From: Candidatus Altimarinota bacterium
Lineage (GTDB): Bacteria; Patescibacteriota; Gracilibacteria; UBA4473
Length of the DNA: 64,000 bases
Reading direction: 5' to 3'
NCBI GenBank assembly: GCA_965231215.1
Contig: OZ246423.1
Coordinates: 480,001-544,000 of the forward strand
Each line of letters begins with the position of its first letter. Position 1 is the first letter of the stretch. A model generated the notes under the pieces. That model saw only the letters and a program-made list of their open reading frames with translations. It was not told the origin of the DNA and did not search any database. Both the position numbers and the translations under genes were made by a program. Shown piece after piece: positions 38,684 to 48,911 of the stretch.

Positions 38684-39715
38684 TTAGTTGGTAGGTTCTT
38701 CTACAGTTTCTGTTTGAGGGGCTGGAGGCATTCCAGCTCCTGGAGTGTATCCTCGTTCTCGAAGTACTTGCTCAAGCTCAGTTTTGGCTTTTTGTCCAAA
38801 CCCTCGAAGTTGAGTGAGTTGGCTCATGGGCGTTTTGAGGAGTTCTTCAACAGAAGTAATACCTCCGTTTACTAGAGCATTAAGCGTTCTCTGAGAGAAT
38901 CCAAGAATATCAATAGGCGTGAAAGACTCTTCAGCTGCGGCTACATTGGCTTGACGCTCGGCATCTTCTTTCGCTTTGATAGCAGAGAAGCTAGTTGTAA
39001 AGTCTTCATCGGTATAGGCGTCTTTTTCATTGAAAAGACCAAAGTAGCTTTGCAGAATTTCAGCGGCTAATTTAAGCGCATGTTCGGCTTCTAGGCTTCC
39101 GTCTGTAAGCACTTCAAGTTTCAGTTGATCTAGGTTTGTTTGATCCCCTACACGGGCAGGAGTTACTTCGTACTTTACTCGTTTTACAGGAGAGAAGTTT
39201 GCATCAACTAATACAAATTCTGGATCGGCCTCTTTGGCATTGTCTTCGTTTGAAATAATTCGGTATCCCACTCCTTTTTCTACTCGCAGTTGAATTTTTT
39301 TCTTACTGTCAGCTCCATCACAATGACAGATAATCTGACTTGGGTCTAAAATTTCAATATCACTAGAAACTTTAAGATCTTTGGCCGTAACGGTTCCTTT
39401 TTTTACGAGAGGAATTTCAATGGTTTCTGGATCTTTTGAGTGTTTTTTAAGACCTAATTCACGAACGTTCAAAATAAGATCTAGAACTGATTCATGAATC
39501 CCTGGAATTGTAGTATATTCATGGGTAGCTCCTGTAATCTTAACAGCCGTTACAGCTGTTCCAGGCAAACTTGAGAGAAGCACTCTTCTCAAGGCATTTC
39601 CCAGCGTCATTCCAAACCCTGAAGGAAGCGGGTTCACTACTAATGTAGCTGTATTTTTACTATCACTAGTAATTTTTAGTTTTGGAACTCCGATGGTTTC
39701 ATGAAGAATGTGCAT
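38684..39715 (-). CDS. rpoA: RNA polymerase alpha subunit
   Basis: PLPSGFGMTLGNALRRVLLSSLPG, HEYTTIPG, DANFSPV, alpha-CTD. Confidence 0.98.
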   Translation of the reverse strand: MHILHETIGVPKLKITSDSKNTATLVVNPLPSGFGMTLGNALRRVLLSSLPGTAVTAVKITGATHEYTTIPGIHESVLDLILNVRELGLKKHSKDPETIEIPLVKKGTVTAKDLKVSSDIEILDPSQIICHCDGADSKKKIQLRVEKGVGYRIISNEDNAKEADPEFVLVDANFSPVKRVKYEVTPARVGDQTNLDQLKLEVLTDGSLEAEHALKLAAEILQSYFGLFNEKDAYTDEDFTTSFSAIKAKEDAERQANVAAAEESFTPIDILGFSQRTLNALVNGGITSVEELLKTPMSQLTQLRGFGQKAKTELEQVLRERGYTPGAGMPPAPQTETVEEPTN

Positions 39716-39742
39716 TTTAAAAAAGGGTAATGGAGTAAAAGA

Positions 39743-40357
39743 CTATCGAGAGTAGAACTCTACAATAGGTTGTGTGTTTATAAGGGGCTCAAAATGTTGG
39801 GCTTCTGGTAGACTCACAATCTCAATTTTAAGCGATTTCGTGCTGACGTCCAACCAACTTGGGACATCTACGTTGCTCAGTTCCTCAAGGTTTTGTTTAA
39901 ACACAGGGGAAGATTTTCGTGCAGATCGTACTTCGATCACGTCTCCTACCTTTACTTCAATAGACGGAACATCTGTACGTCGTCCATTAAATTCAAAAAG
40001 ACCATGAGAAACAAACTGTCTGGCTTGCATACGAGTGGTCGCTAAACCAGCTCTATAAATAACATTATCAAGTCGTCGCTCTAGAAGCTCAAGGAGCTTG
40101 TCCCCCGTAACGGCTTTTGACCTGTCAGCTTTATCAAAGTATTTTCTAAATTGTTTTTCAGACAGTGCAAACATTCGTTTAGCTTTTTGCTTTTCTCTAA
40201 GTTGTTTCGCGTATTCAGTCATTTTTCCCTGCCGTTTTCCACCATGCATTCCTGGAATGTTTGGATTTTGAGCAAGAATTTTTTGATACTTAGGAGACCC
40301 AAAGAGGTTTACTCCTTCTCTTCTACACTGTCTAGCTTTAGCTCCGGTATATCGCAT
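39743..40357 (-). CDS. rpsD: 30S ribosomal protein S4
   Basis: RYTG, QLREKQKAK, LERRLDNVIYR, ARQFVSHG, IVEFYSR. Confidence 0.98.
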   Translation of the reverse strand: MRYTGAKARQCRREGVNLFGSPKYQKILAQNPNIPGMHGGKRQGKMTEYAKQLREKQKAKRMFALSEKQFRKYFDKADRSKAVTGDKLLELLERRLDNVIYRAGLATTRMQARQFVSHGLFEFNGRRTDVPSIEVKVGDVIEVRSARKSSPVFKQNLEELSNVDVPSWLDVSTKSLKIEIVSLPEAQHFEPLINTQPIVEFYSR

Positions 40358-40378
40358 TAATAATAAATATTATAAAAT

Positions 40379-40759
40379 TTAAACTTTTCGCTGCCTTCGA
40401 GGACGACATCCTCCATGTGGCAATCGAGTTCGATCAGAAATTGAGGTAATTTCAAGGCCCCCATTCATAAGCCCTCGAACGGTTTGATCTCGTCCTGGCC
40501 CAACTCCTTTAATGTACACATCCACAGACTCCATCCCAAAATATTGAGCCTTTTCCGCTACATTTTCAGCCGAAACTTGCCCAGCGTAAGGGGTAGACTG
40601 TCGAGCGCCTTTAAATCCATGACTCCCTGGACTACTCCAAGCCAGGACATTCCCTTCTGGATCCGTAAGGGTCACGATGGTGTTATTATATTGGGCACGG
40701 ATGTATACTTTCCCGTGCTGGAATGACTTTCGAACTTTCTTTTTGGTAGCCATAGGCAA
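40379..40759 (-). CDS. rpsK: 30S ribosomal protein S11
   Basis: NNTIVTLTD..GN, GFKGARQSTPYAG, PHGGCRP. Confidence 0.98.
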   Translation of the reverse strand: MPMATKKKVRKSFQHGKVYIRAQYNNTIVTLTDPEGNVLAWSSPGSHGFKGARQSTPYAGQVSAENVAEKAQYFGMESVDVYIKGVGPGRDQTVRGLMNGGLEITSISDRTRLPHGGCRPRRQRKV

Positions 40760-40777
40760 TTAAAAAATTATTACAGA

Positions 40778-41155
40778 TTATTTAGCAACTTTCTTTTTGT
40801 TAGCAATAGTTACTTTCTTCCCGCGTTTAGTACGAGAATTAGTTTTGGTTCTTTGCCCTCTTGAAGGCAGTTTTCTTCTATGTCGAAACCCTCGGTAAGA
40901 ACCGATGTCTTGAAGTCGTTTCACATTTTGAGAAATTTCACGACGAAGATCTGATTCCAGGATGTACCCATCATCAGTTACAACTTTTCGTAGTTTTTCT
41001 TCTTGATCAGTGCTTAGATCCTTTACACGAGTATTCCCATCAATCTTAGCCGAATTGCAAATATCTTCAGCTCGCTTTGGCCCTACACCATAAATGTAAG
41101 TAAGACTTATAATAAGTCTTTTTTCTGATGGAATATTGGTTCCTGCAATTCTCAT
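40778..41155 (-). CDS. rpsM: 30S ribosomal protein S13
   Basis: RIAG.NIP, LTYIYGVG, SYRG.RH...LP.RGQRTKTN. Confidence 0.98.
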   Translation of the reverse strand: MRIAGTNIPSEKRLIISLTYIYGVGPKRAEDICNSAKIDGNTRVKDLSTDQEEKLRKVVTDDGYILESDLRREISQNVKRLQDIGSYRGFRHRRKLPSRGQRTKTNSRTKRGKKVTIANKKKVAK

Positions 41156-41175
41156 GAATATTTAGTAGGTAAAAA

Positions 41176-41316
41176 TTATTTTTTCTTTCGGCCTCCTTGT
41201 CGCGCCTTATTTCTAGGATTGCGTTTATCAATCACATACACCACCCCTCGTCGTCGAACGATTTGGCAGGTGGCACTTCTTTTTTTCGCAGATTTAAGTG
41301 ATGATAAAACTTTCAT
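41176..41316 (-). CDS. rpmJ: 50S ribosomal protein L36, zinc-independent type B (not in ORF track)
   Basis: Manual translation [46 protein letters not shown] between infA and rpsM. Confidence 0.93.
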   Translation of the reverse strand: MKVLSSLKSAKKRSATCQIVRRRGVVYVIDKRNPRNKARQGGRKKK

Positions 41317-41318
41317 AA

Positions 41319-41549
41319 TTATTTTAAACGGTAAGTAATTCGACCAATTTCTAGATTGTAAGGAGAAATTTCTAATCGAACGATATCTCCTGGAACGATT
41401 TTGATGTAATGCATCCGAATCTTTCCTGACATTTCACCCGTAACTTTATGGCCTTCAAAGCCCTCGGTAGTCAACTCTATCAGGAATTTTGATCCTGGAA
41501 GAGATTCCAAAACTTTACCTTCGACTTCTATGTTTTCCTCCTTGGCCAT
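41319..41549 (-). CDS. infA: Translation initiation factor IF-1
   Basis: [32 protein letters not shown]....GRITYR. Confidence 0.98.
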   Translation of the reverse strand: MAKEENIEVEGKVLESLPGSKFLIELTTEGFEGHKVTGEMSGKIRMHYIKIVPGDIVRLEISPYNLEIGRITYRLK

Positions 41550-41579
41550 TGGCTTAAGTGCCTCTAAAAAAGCCGCGCG

Positions 41580-41607
41580 ATATTAATGAGGACAAACGCC
41601 TTGTCAA
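41580..41607 (-). promoter_or_regulatory. Sigma70 promoter of the infA-rpsI operon
   Basis: TTGACA-N16-TAATAT on the minus strand. Confidence 0.55.
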
Positions 41608-41687
41608 CGTTTTTTTGGCTATTCTTTTAAAAACCCACAAAAAAGCACTCGACCAGCAACTTTTTTTACCTAAAATCTCGATCACCT

Positions 41688-43889
41688 ATGAATACCGATC
41701 CTATTTTTTCAGGCCTCAATGATAAACAAAAAGAAGCCGTGCAGGTTTTGTCTGGCCCTTTGCTTATTTTAGCCGGTGCAGGCAGTGGAAAAACGCGTGT
41801 TTTAACCCATAGAACCGCCAATCTTATAGCTAATGGCGTACATCCCAGTGAAATTTTGGCCGTTACCTTTACCAACAAAGCCGCTAAAGAAATGGAATCA
41901 CGAATTCAAATGCTTTTAGGGGCAGGTGCTCAAACGCCCACTATCGGGACTTTTCATTCTGTCTGCGTACGAATTCTTAGACAAGAGATTGAAACCCTTG
42001 GTCAAGATTATACCAAAAGTTTTGTTATTTTTGATACGGACGACTCTTTGAGCCTGCTTAAAATCATCATGCGTGAACGAAACATCAATGAAAAAGAATT
42101 CAAACCCAAAGCCATTTTGGGCTATTTCAGCAGCATCAAAAGCATGCTCGCCAAAACCGATGAATACCTAGAAAGTTTAGGGGGGAGCTATAATCGATTC
42201 CACGAAGTGGTAAAAGAACTCTACCCAGTCTTTGAACGAAGACTCATAGAGCACAACGCATTAGATTTTGACGATCTTTTGAAAAAAACCGTAGAGGTGT
42301 ATGAAAACGACGAAACGGTTTTAGCTAAATACCGAAATCGCTGGGATCACGTACTCGTAGACGAGTATCAAGATACCAATTTTGCCCAATATAGATTGAT
42401 CCGGTTACTGGCAGATCAGCACCAGAATTTGTGTGTGGTGGGAGATGATCATCAATCTATCTATGCCTTCCGAGGAGCCGATTACCAAAACATCCTGGAC
42501 TTTGAAAACGACTTCCCTAACGCCAAAGTGGTAAAACTAGAACAAAACTACAGGTCTAGTGCCAACATTCTCAACAACGCCAACCGGCTTATTTCTCATA
42601 ACCAAACCGGACGAGAAAAAAACCTCTGGACCGAAAATGAGGTAGGAAACCCGCTAGAAATCACTGAAGTTTTTGACGAAAAAGACGAAGGTCGATTCAT
42701 CGCCGAAAAAGTAAAAAATCTAGAACACGAGGGAACGCCTCTTAGTGATATGGCTATTCTGTACCGAATGAATGCTCAATCACGAGCCATAGAAGAGGCC
42801 TTAATGCGGCACCAAATTCCCTACCAAATTGTAGGAGGAACCCGGTTCTTTGATCGACGAGAGATTAAAGACATAGTGGCCTATCTGCGGCTTATTTTTA
42901 ATCCGCGGGATGATGTAGCGTTTTTGCGAATCATCAATATCCCAACTAGGAAACTCGGGCCAGCCACTCTGCAGACGCTCAAAAAATATGCGACAGAATA
43001 CAATCTCTCAATGTTTGATATCCTAGAAGCAGTAGAATCACTCGAAGAACTGCCTGCCACCAAACGCATGGTACTCTCACAATTTCGGGAAATGATTTTA
43101 AAAATTCGAGCAATTTCACAAACCAAAAATATTTCGACTGTGATTGAAGAAGTCATAGAACAAACCGATTTCTACCGATACCTCGACGACGGCACCAATG
43201 AAGGAGAAATGCGAAAACAAAATGTGCAGGAAATTTTCTCTGTTTCTACCAGGTATGATGCAGCAGAAGATCCCTTAGCGGCTTTCCTAGAAGGCATAGC
43301 CTTGATTTCTGATCTAGACAAGATGGACGAAAAGCAGGATGCCATCACACTAATGACCATCCATGCCTCCAAGGGGTTAGAGTTCCCCGTAGTCTTTCTC
43401 CCGGGATGGGAAGAGGGGATTTTCCCCAGTCAGTCGAGCCAGTTTTCACTCGAACAACTGGAAGAAGAACGCCGCCTAGGATATGTGGCTATAACTCGAG
43501 CAGAAAAAGAATGTTTCATCACTCATGCACGACAGCGAATGCTGTTTGGGAAAACCGATTATAGTGCCGCTTCTAAATTTTTGTCTGAACTCGATCCAGA
43601 ATGTATCAATCGCGAAGCCTTTTCACGAAGCCCCGAAAAAACTTATGGTAGACGCAAAGCCCCTACCTTTGAACATCCACTACTACATCGCCAGCCTAAG
43701 ACCAAAAACGAAGCTGTCTTTGGCATCTCTGAAAACGAAACCGAGTTCAAAACCGGTGACACCATCCGCCACGCCGAATTTGGAGAAGGAACCATCATTC
43801 AAATTGCCGGAGATGTTATCTCTGCTGCCTTCAAAGGGCATGGCATTAAAAAAATAGTAGCGTCTATTGCTCCTATTGAGAAGGCGTAA
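41688..43889 (+). CDS. pcrA: ATP-dependent DNA helicase PcrA/UvrD
   Basis: AGAGSGKTRVLT, VDEYQDTN, VGDDHQSIYAFRGA, LEQNYRS, TIHASKGLEF, EERRL.YVAITRA, C-terminal Tudor-like H..FG.G. Confidence 0.96.
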   Translation: MNTDPIFSGLNDKQKEAVQVLSGPLLILAGAGSGKTRVLTHRTANLIANGVHPSEILAVTFTNKAAKEMESRIQMLLGAGAQTPTIGTFHSVCVRILRQEIETLGQDYTKSFVIFDTDDSLSLLKIIMRERNINEKEFKPKAILGYFSSIKSMLAKTDEYLESLGGSYNRFHEVVKELYPVFERRLIEHNALDFDDLLKKTVEVYENDETVLAKYRNRWDHVLVDEYQDTNFAQYRLIRLLADQHQNLCVVGDDHQSIYAFRGADYQNILDFENDFPNAKVVKLEQNYRSSANILNNANRLISHNQTGREKNLWTENEVGNPLEITEVFDEKDEGRFIAEKVKNLEHEGTPLSDMAILYRMNAQSRAIEEALMRHQIPYQIVGGTRFFDRREIKDIVAYLRLIFNPRDDVAFLRIINIPTRKLGPATLQTLKKYATEYNLSMFDILEAVESLEELPATKRMVLSQFREMILKIRAISQTKNISTVIEEVIEQTDFYRYLDDGTNEGEMRKQNVQEIFSVSTRYDAAEDPLAAFLEGIALISDLDKMDEKQDAITLMTIHASKGLEFPVVFLPGWEEGIFPSQSSQFSLEQLEEERRLGYVAITRAEKECFITHARQRMLFGKTDYSAASKFLSELDPECINREAFSRSPEKTYGRRKAPTFEHPLLHRQPKTKNEAVFGISENETEFKTGDTIRHAEFGEGTIIQIAGDVISAAFKGHGIKKIVASIAPIEKA

Positions 43890-43916
43890 AACCCAGGAGT
43901 TTGTCTTTCACGCGTA

Positions 43917-45587
43917 TTAACTCCACATTACTTCGTCATACGCTTCTACTACCCGGTGAGTATTAAAATGTCCCAGCAATGAAATAGCCTGTTTGGAACG
44001 CTCAAGCCATTCTTCTGGACGGTTAAAGTAAATATCAATGGCTTCCTCTAGTTCCGTATACAACTGATCTGCATGGTGATCATCTCTTTGATCTTCACTC
44101 CATTCAGGATCAACCGTTTCTCCAAATCCCCATCCGGCCTTTGGCTTGGATTTCAGGCCTTCAATCCACCATCCATCGAGAACCGATAAGTTCTGTACCC
44201 CATTCAGAGCCGCTTTCATGCCGCTCGTTCCGCTCGCTTCACGCGGAGGAATAGGGTTGTTCAGCCAGATGTTGGCTCCAGCCACTAATTTTTCAGCAAT
44301 ATCTAAACGGTAATCCGGAACTACCGCAATACGGATACTGCCTCTTAGTTGGTGAGCAGCATTTCTCAAACTTTCTTTCCTTCCCATACAGAACTGATCA
44401 TCTGGATGACAGTGTCCAGCAAAGACAAACTGCAGCTTTTTATGTCCCAATTTTTTAAGTCTTTCTAAATCTCTAAAGGCTAAAAGGGGCCTTTTGTACG
44501 GCACAAATCTTCGAGCAAAGACGATGGTAAGTCTGTCGGTTTCAAACATATCTGACTTTTTTAGATCGCCTTCAAAGTGAAAGAAAGCTGGATTTTCATT
44601 TACCCAATCTACTAACATCTGTTTATTTTTTTCTCGCATTCCTTTCAGGTCTTCATCACTGATTTTTTCTACTGCTTTACTCAGCAAAGCTGGCTTTTCT
44701 CTCCATTTTGGGATTACCCTATCAAACAGTTCTCGCGTATGAGGGCTAGCCCATCGCACATGATGAACCCCATTAGTAATTCCCTCAAAACTATGCCCTG
44801 GGAACATATCAAAACAAATCAATTGATGTTTTTTAGACACTCCATTAGTTCTCCCACTCAAATTCAGAGCCAAGTGAGTCATGCTGAGCTGCTCTTGGGT
44901 AGCAAGAGTCTTAATATGCCAGGGAATTTGATCTCCCAGTACTTTATAAGCCAAGTCATAATCAAATTTGTCATGTCCAGCCGGCACCGGTGTATGGGTT
45001 GTAAATCGAGTTAATTCCCGCACTTTATCATCAGACCACTCCGACTCTCGGAGTAACTCAAGCGTGGCAAAAGCGGCATGTCCTTCATTCAGGTGAAAAT
45101 ATTTGAGATCTTGGTATCCAAGCGCTCGAAGCATCTTTACGCCTCCAATACCCAAAATAGCCTCCTGGGCACATCGGGTATACCCATCTGAAGAATATAA
45201 ATGTTTTGTAATATCTCTATCATGCGGTTCATTATTACTACAAAAAGTCGTCAAAAAATAAATAGGCACCGTCTTATGATCGGGGGTAATCACATCATAT
45301 TGGTATCCCCCAACCGTTACGTCTCGCCCTTCAATCTGAACGGTGACTGTTTGAGATAATTTTTTCATATAAAATTCCGGATGGAATTTATAAGCCATAT
45401 CCTCGCTCTGGTGGTAAATTAAGCCTACTCCAACGGCTGGATAATTTGTATCAGCAATTGAGTTCATGATATCTGCGGCTAAGACGCCTAAACCTCCGGC
45501 ATAGTTGGGAATTTCATGATTTAGGGCAAACTCCATAGAAAAGTACGCCACCTTCGGGCTAGCAGATTTTGTTCCAAAAAAAGACAT
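43917..45587 (-). CDS. glgP: Alpha-glucan phosphorylase
   Basis: AYFSMEF, YAGGLGVLA, HLNEGH, FTTHTPVPAGHD, ITNGVH, EASGTSGMKA (PLP lysine). Confidence 0.93.
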   Translation of the reverse strand: MSFFGTKSASPKVAYFSMEFALNHEIPNYAGGLGVLAADIMNSIADTNYPAVGVGLIYHQSEDMAYKFHPEFYMKKLSQTVTVQIEGRDVTVGGYQYDVITPDHKTVPIYFLTTFCSNNEPHDRDITKHLYSSDGYTRCAQEAILGIGGVKMLRALGYQDLKYFHLNEGHAAFATLELLRESEWSDDKVRELTRFTTHTPVPAGHDKFDYDLAYKVLGDQIPWHIKTLATQEQLSMTHLALNLSGRTNGVSKKHQLICFDMFPGHSFEGITNGVHHVRWASPHTRELFDRVIPKWREKPALLSKAVEKISDEDLKGMREKNKQMLVDWVNENPAFFHFEGDLKKSDMFETDRLTIVFARRFVPYKRPLLAFRDLERLKKLGHKKLQFVFAGHCHPDDQFCMGRKESLRNAAHQLRGSIRIAVVPDYRLDIAEKLVAGANIWLNNPIPPREASGTSGMKAALNGVQNLSVLDGWWIEGLKSKPKAGWGFGETVDPEWSEDQRDDHHADQLYTELEEAIDIYFNRPEEWLERSKQAISLLGHFNTHRVVEAYDEVMWS

Positions 45588-45670
45588 GTTGGGATTTTTA
45601 TTTTTATTTCCTGTGAATTGTAACGTGTAAAACCAAAACCCTCAAAAAAGTTATACAAAAAAAAAGCTAA

Positions 45671-45747
45671 TAGTGAAAATACCAAGACTTGAACTTGGAT
45701 TCTTTTGCCTTTGAAGAAGACGCCTAAGCCAGTCAAGTCTACCCCTC
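45671..45747 (-). pseudogene. Degenerate tRNA-like copy downstream of tRNA-Ile
   Basis: Shares the exact T arm CCAAGTTCAAGTCTTGG with tRNA-Ile and has tRNA length; the other arms and CCA (CTA) have decayed. Confidence 0.55.
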
Positions 45748-45776
45748 AAGCGTTTTATTTCAGACCAAAAAACACC

Positions 45777-45853
45777 TGGTGGGCATGCCAAGACTTGAAC
45801 TTGGGACCTCCTCCTTATCAGAGAGGCGCTCTAACCAGCTGAGCTACACGCCC
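45777..45853 (-). tRNA. tRNA-Ile(GAT)
   Basis: GGGCGTGTAGCTCAGCTGGTTAGAGCGCCTCTCTGATAAGGAGGAGGTCCCAAGTTCAAGTCTTGGCATGCCCACCA. Confidence 0.96.
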
Positions 45854-45991
45854 AAATAGTAGGACTGTGTTTTTTGGCGTTTGATATTCTCAAAGCCAAG
45901 CGATCTTAAAAAAAATTTTTAGAGTGTCAAAAAAAATTGTGACCTAGATTACCATCCTCCTTTGTATTTATAGATTTCATAAGGTAGACTC

Positions 45992-46921
45992 ATGCCGATG
46001 AAAAAACAGAAACTCATTATTCTCGGATCAGGTCCGGCTGGGCTTACCGCTGGTATTTATGCTGCTAGGGCAGACCTCAAACCGCTTATTTTTGAAGGAG
46101 AAAATCCCGGAGGACAACTTATGGGAACCACTGATGTAGAAAATTTTCCTGGATTTCCAGAGGGCATTATGGGCCCCCAACTAATTGACAATATGCGCAA
46201 ACAAGCCCAAAAATTTGGAGCCGAAACGGTTTATAAAAACATTGATCGAGTGGATTTTTCAGAGGCCGATAACTTAAAGCTGTATGCAGGAGAAGACACC
46301 TTCATGACCCAAAGTGTAATTATCGCCACTGGAAGTTCTGCCCGATGGCTTAATCTAGGTAAAGGCGAAGAAAAATTTTGGGGAAAAGGGTACACGGCTT
46401 GTGCTACCTGTGACGGAGCTTTTTTTAGAGACAAAACCGTGGCGGTTGTAGGCGGCGGGGATTCTGCCTGTGAAGAAGCCACCTTCCTCACAAAATTTGC
46501 CAAAAAGGTATATCTTATTCACCGAAGAGATGAACTCCGAGCCAGCAAGCCAATGCAAAAAAGAGTTTTTGATCATGAAAAGATAGAGATCTTGTGGAAT
46601 CAAAATGTAACCGAACTTCGAGGAGAACCCGTTCTAAAATCAGTAGAACTTACTGAGACTAATACCAGTGGAACCTCTGAGCTAGAAATCGATGGACTCT
46701 TTATGGCCATTGGGCATGATCCCAATACTAAATTTTTAGACAATACCTTAGATCTTGATCACGGATATATCAAAGTCACCGATCATACAAAAACCAAAAT
46801 TCCTTCGGTCTTTGTCGCAGGAGATGTAGCTGATCACCATTACCAACAAGCCATTACTGCCGCGGGAGCAGGGTGTATGGCGGCAATTGATGTGGAAAGA
46901 TTCCTAGCTGAAAAAAATTAA
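45992..46921 (+). CDS. trxB: Thioredoxin-disulfide reductase
   Basis: GSGPAGLTAG.Y..RA, CATCDG, VVGGGDSA.EEA, HRRD, AGDV.D..Y.QAITAAG.G. Confidence 0.97.
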   Translation: MPMKKQKLIILGSGPAGLTAGIYAARADLKPLIFEGENPGGQLMGTTDVENFPGFPEGIMGPQLIDNMRKQAQKFGAETVYKNIDRVDFSEADNLKLYAGEDTFMTQSVIIATGSSARWLNLGKGEEKFWGKGYTACATCDGAFFRDKTVAVVGGGDSACEEATFLTKFAKKVYLIHRRDELRASKPMQKRVFDHEKIEILWNQNVTELRGEPVLKSVELTETNTSGTSELEIDGLFMAIGHDPNTKFLDNTLDLDHGYIKVTDHTKTKIPSVFVAGDVADHHYQQAITAAGAGCMAAIDVERFLAEKN

Positions 46922-47346
46922 ACCGTTCCTTGAACCCCACAAACTTTATCACGAATGCTTCTGAGTACACCTCGGTAAGCTTCTTCTGAGGGTACTTTCG
47001 TATTTGGAACTGGACTTTCCTCCGTATCTTGTTTGAGCTCCCCGTTCCGTTTGGGATCGAAAAAATAATGCCCATCATGCACTCCAGCCGTTCCTTCCTG
47101 ATACGAAAAAATACTCATAGATTGTCCCCAAAGCATAATCTTATAGCGGGTATTTTCATCCGACACCAACATCTCAGCCCCTTCGACATCATCACCAATC
47201 TGGCTACTAACACACTGAACAACTTCCGTAACCAACTGAGCCGTTGTTTCTCCTGGTTTCTCTTGTGCCATCGAAACCTCTGGGGAAGCCAACAAAGCCA
47301 CAAGCGCCATAGCTGGGTGAGAGGGAAATTGTCTAAACATAGTCAA
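46918..47346 (-). CDS. Hypothetical secreted protein
   Basis: Signal-peptide-like N-terminus; one Cys near each end. Confidence 0.5.
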   Translation of the reverse strand: MTMFRQFPSHPAMALVALLASPEVSMAQEKPGETTAQLVTEVVQCVSSQIGDDVEGAEMLVSDENTRYKIMLWGQSMSIFSYQEGTAGVHDGHYFFDPKRNGELKQDTEESPVPNTKVPSEEAYRGVLRSIRDKVCGVQGTV

Positions 47347-47430
47347 GTAAAAAATAAACTAAACAATGAAAAAGTCAACAAAATGATAGCTAGATTTATC
47401 AAGAACTTTTAAGTATAGGTACTAACAAAA

Positions 47431-48765
47431 ATGAATATTCACTTTGTAGGCATTGGAGGCATTGGTATTTCTGCGCTGGCACAGTTTTGCTTTAAACGCG
47501 GGGATCATGTTTCTGGGTCAAACCTTGGAAGCAATCGTATTTTTGAAATGCTAATCAATGAAGGCATTACGAGTATTTACGATGTACACGATGCCCACAA
47601 CCTTGCACCTGATTTGGAATTACTCATTTACTCTGAAGCGATTCCTCCTCATAACCCCGAAAGACAAGAAGCTAAAAAACGAGGCATTAAAGAAAAAAGT
47701 TATTTTGAATTTTTAGGTGATATTTCCCACGAATTTACCACCATTGCCGTAGCCGGAACTCACGGCAAAACGACCACTACAGGACTTATCGCCGCGGGGC
47801 TAAAACAGTGCGAGTTTGATGCCACCGTATTTGTGGGCTCAACCCTAGACATTCTAGAAGGAAAAAATTTCCATATGGGGTCTAACCACTTTTTAGTACT
47901 AGAAGCCTGTGAATATCGAGAAAATTTTAAATTCCTCAAGCCAGAGGTACTTCTAATAACCAATATTGAGTGGGATCATGCTGATTATTTCAAAACCGAA
48001 CAGCAGTATTTTGACGCTTTTAAAGCTTTGGCCAAAAGATCCAAGAATGTGCTTTTCCATCAAAACGATGAAGTTGCCAGAGCCATACTCCAAGACGTAA
48101 ATACTCACAAAATACCCATCCCTGAACAGAGCCAAAACTCTTGGGAATATATCTTAAAAATTTTTGGTAATGCAAACCAAAAAAATGCTACCTTAGCCCT
48201 TTCTATAGCTCATTTTTTAAAAATAGATACCGAAACCTTCAAGCAAGGATTAGGCACCTACAAAGGCGCCAGCAGAAGACAAGAATTTTTAGGAGAAAAA
48301 AGAATCTATTTCAACCCTGATTTGAACCTAAGAGAAGTTAAAGCCACACAAGAAAAAGCCCAAATTGAAAAAAATGTACTCCTGTATGATGACTACGGCC
48401 ATCATCCAACAGAAATCAAAGTCACCTTAGAGGCCTTCAGAGACGCTTTCCCCAATAAACAGATTGGCCTTATCTTCGAACCACACCAATATTCTCGGGC
48501 TAAACAATTTTTCCAAGAATTTATAGAGGCTCTCAATCAAGCTGATTTTGTAGGCCTCTACCCTATTTATGAAGCAAGAGACTCAGAAAGTGACAAAGCC
48601 TCAATATCATTAGATGACTTTATCGCCCAAAATCCGTCATTTAAAAAAATAGAATCGACAGAAGATGTCATGTGTTTCTGTGAAAATCTTAAAAACGACG
48701 ACCTTCTCCTCTTCATGGGCGCCGGGAAAATATCTGAATTTGCCCATAAATTCCTTACCGAATAA
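47431..48765 (+). CDS. murC: UDP-N-acetylmuramate--L-alanine ligase
   Basis: IHFVGIGGIGISALA, VAGTHGKTTTT, EACEY, DHADY, DDYGHHPTEI, MGAG. Confidence 0.95.
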   Translation: MNIHFVGIGGIGISALAQFCFKRGDHVSGSNLGSNRIFEMLINEGITSIYDVHDAHNLAPDLELLIYSEAIPPHNPERQEAKKRGIKEKSYFEFLGDISHEFTTIAVAGTHGKTTTTGLIAAGLKQCEFDATVFVGSTLDILEGKNFHMGSNHFLVLEACEYRENFKFLKPEVLLITNIEWDHADYFKTEQQYFDAFKALAKRSKNVLFHQNDEVARAILQDVNTHKIPIPEQSQNSWEYILKIFGNANQKNATLALSIAHFLKIDTETFKQGLGTYKGASRRQEFLGEKRIYFNPDLNLREVKATQEKAQIEKNVLLYDDYGHHPTEIKVTLEAFRDAFPNKQIGLIFEPHQYSRAKQFFQEFIEALNQADFVGLYPIYEARDSESDKASISLDDFIAQNPSFKKIESTEDVMCFCENLKNDDLLLFMGAGKISEFAHKFLTE

Positions 48766-48911
48766 AAGCGAAGAACCAGGCGCGCTTTTGTAGTCAAAAG
48801 TAAAAGGAGGAAGCCCTAATGCACTCCCTCCTCTTTAACCCCTCTGATGTCTAAAGACGAGCGGCTAAAATTTTTGTGACATTATTATCAAAATCTTTAA
48901 TGTTAGAAACG

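Noticed and set aside
48766-48868. SRP (4.5S) RNA call
   Set aside because: It lacks the conserved helix-8 CAGG...GNRA...AGCA motif; kept only as an unassigned structured-RNA candidate.
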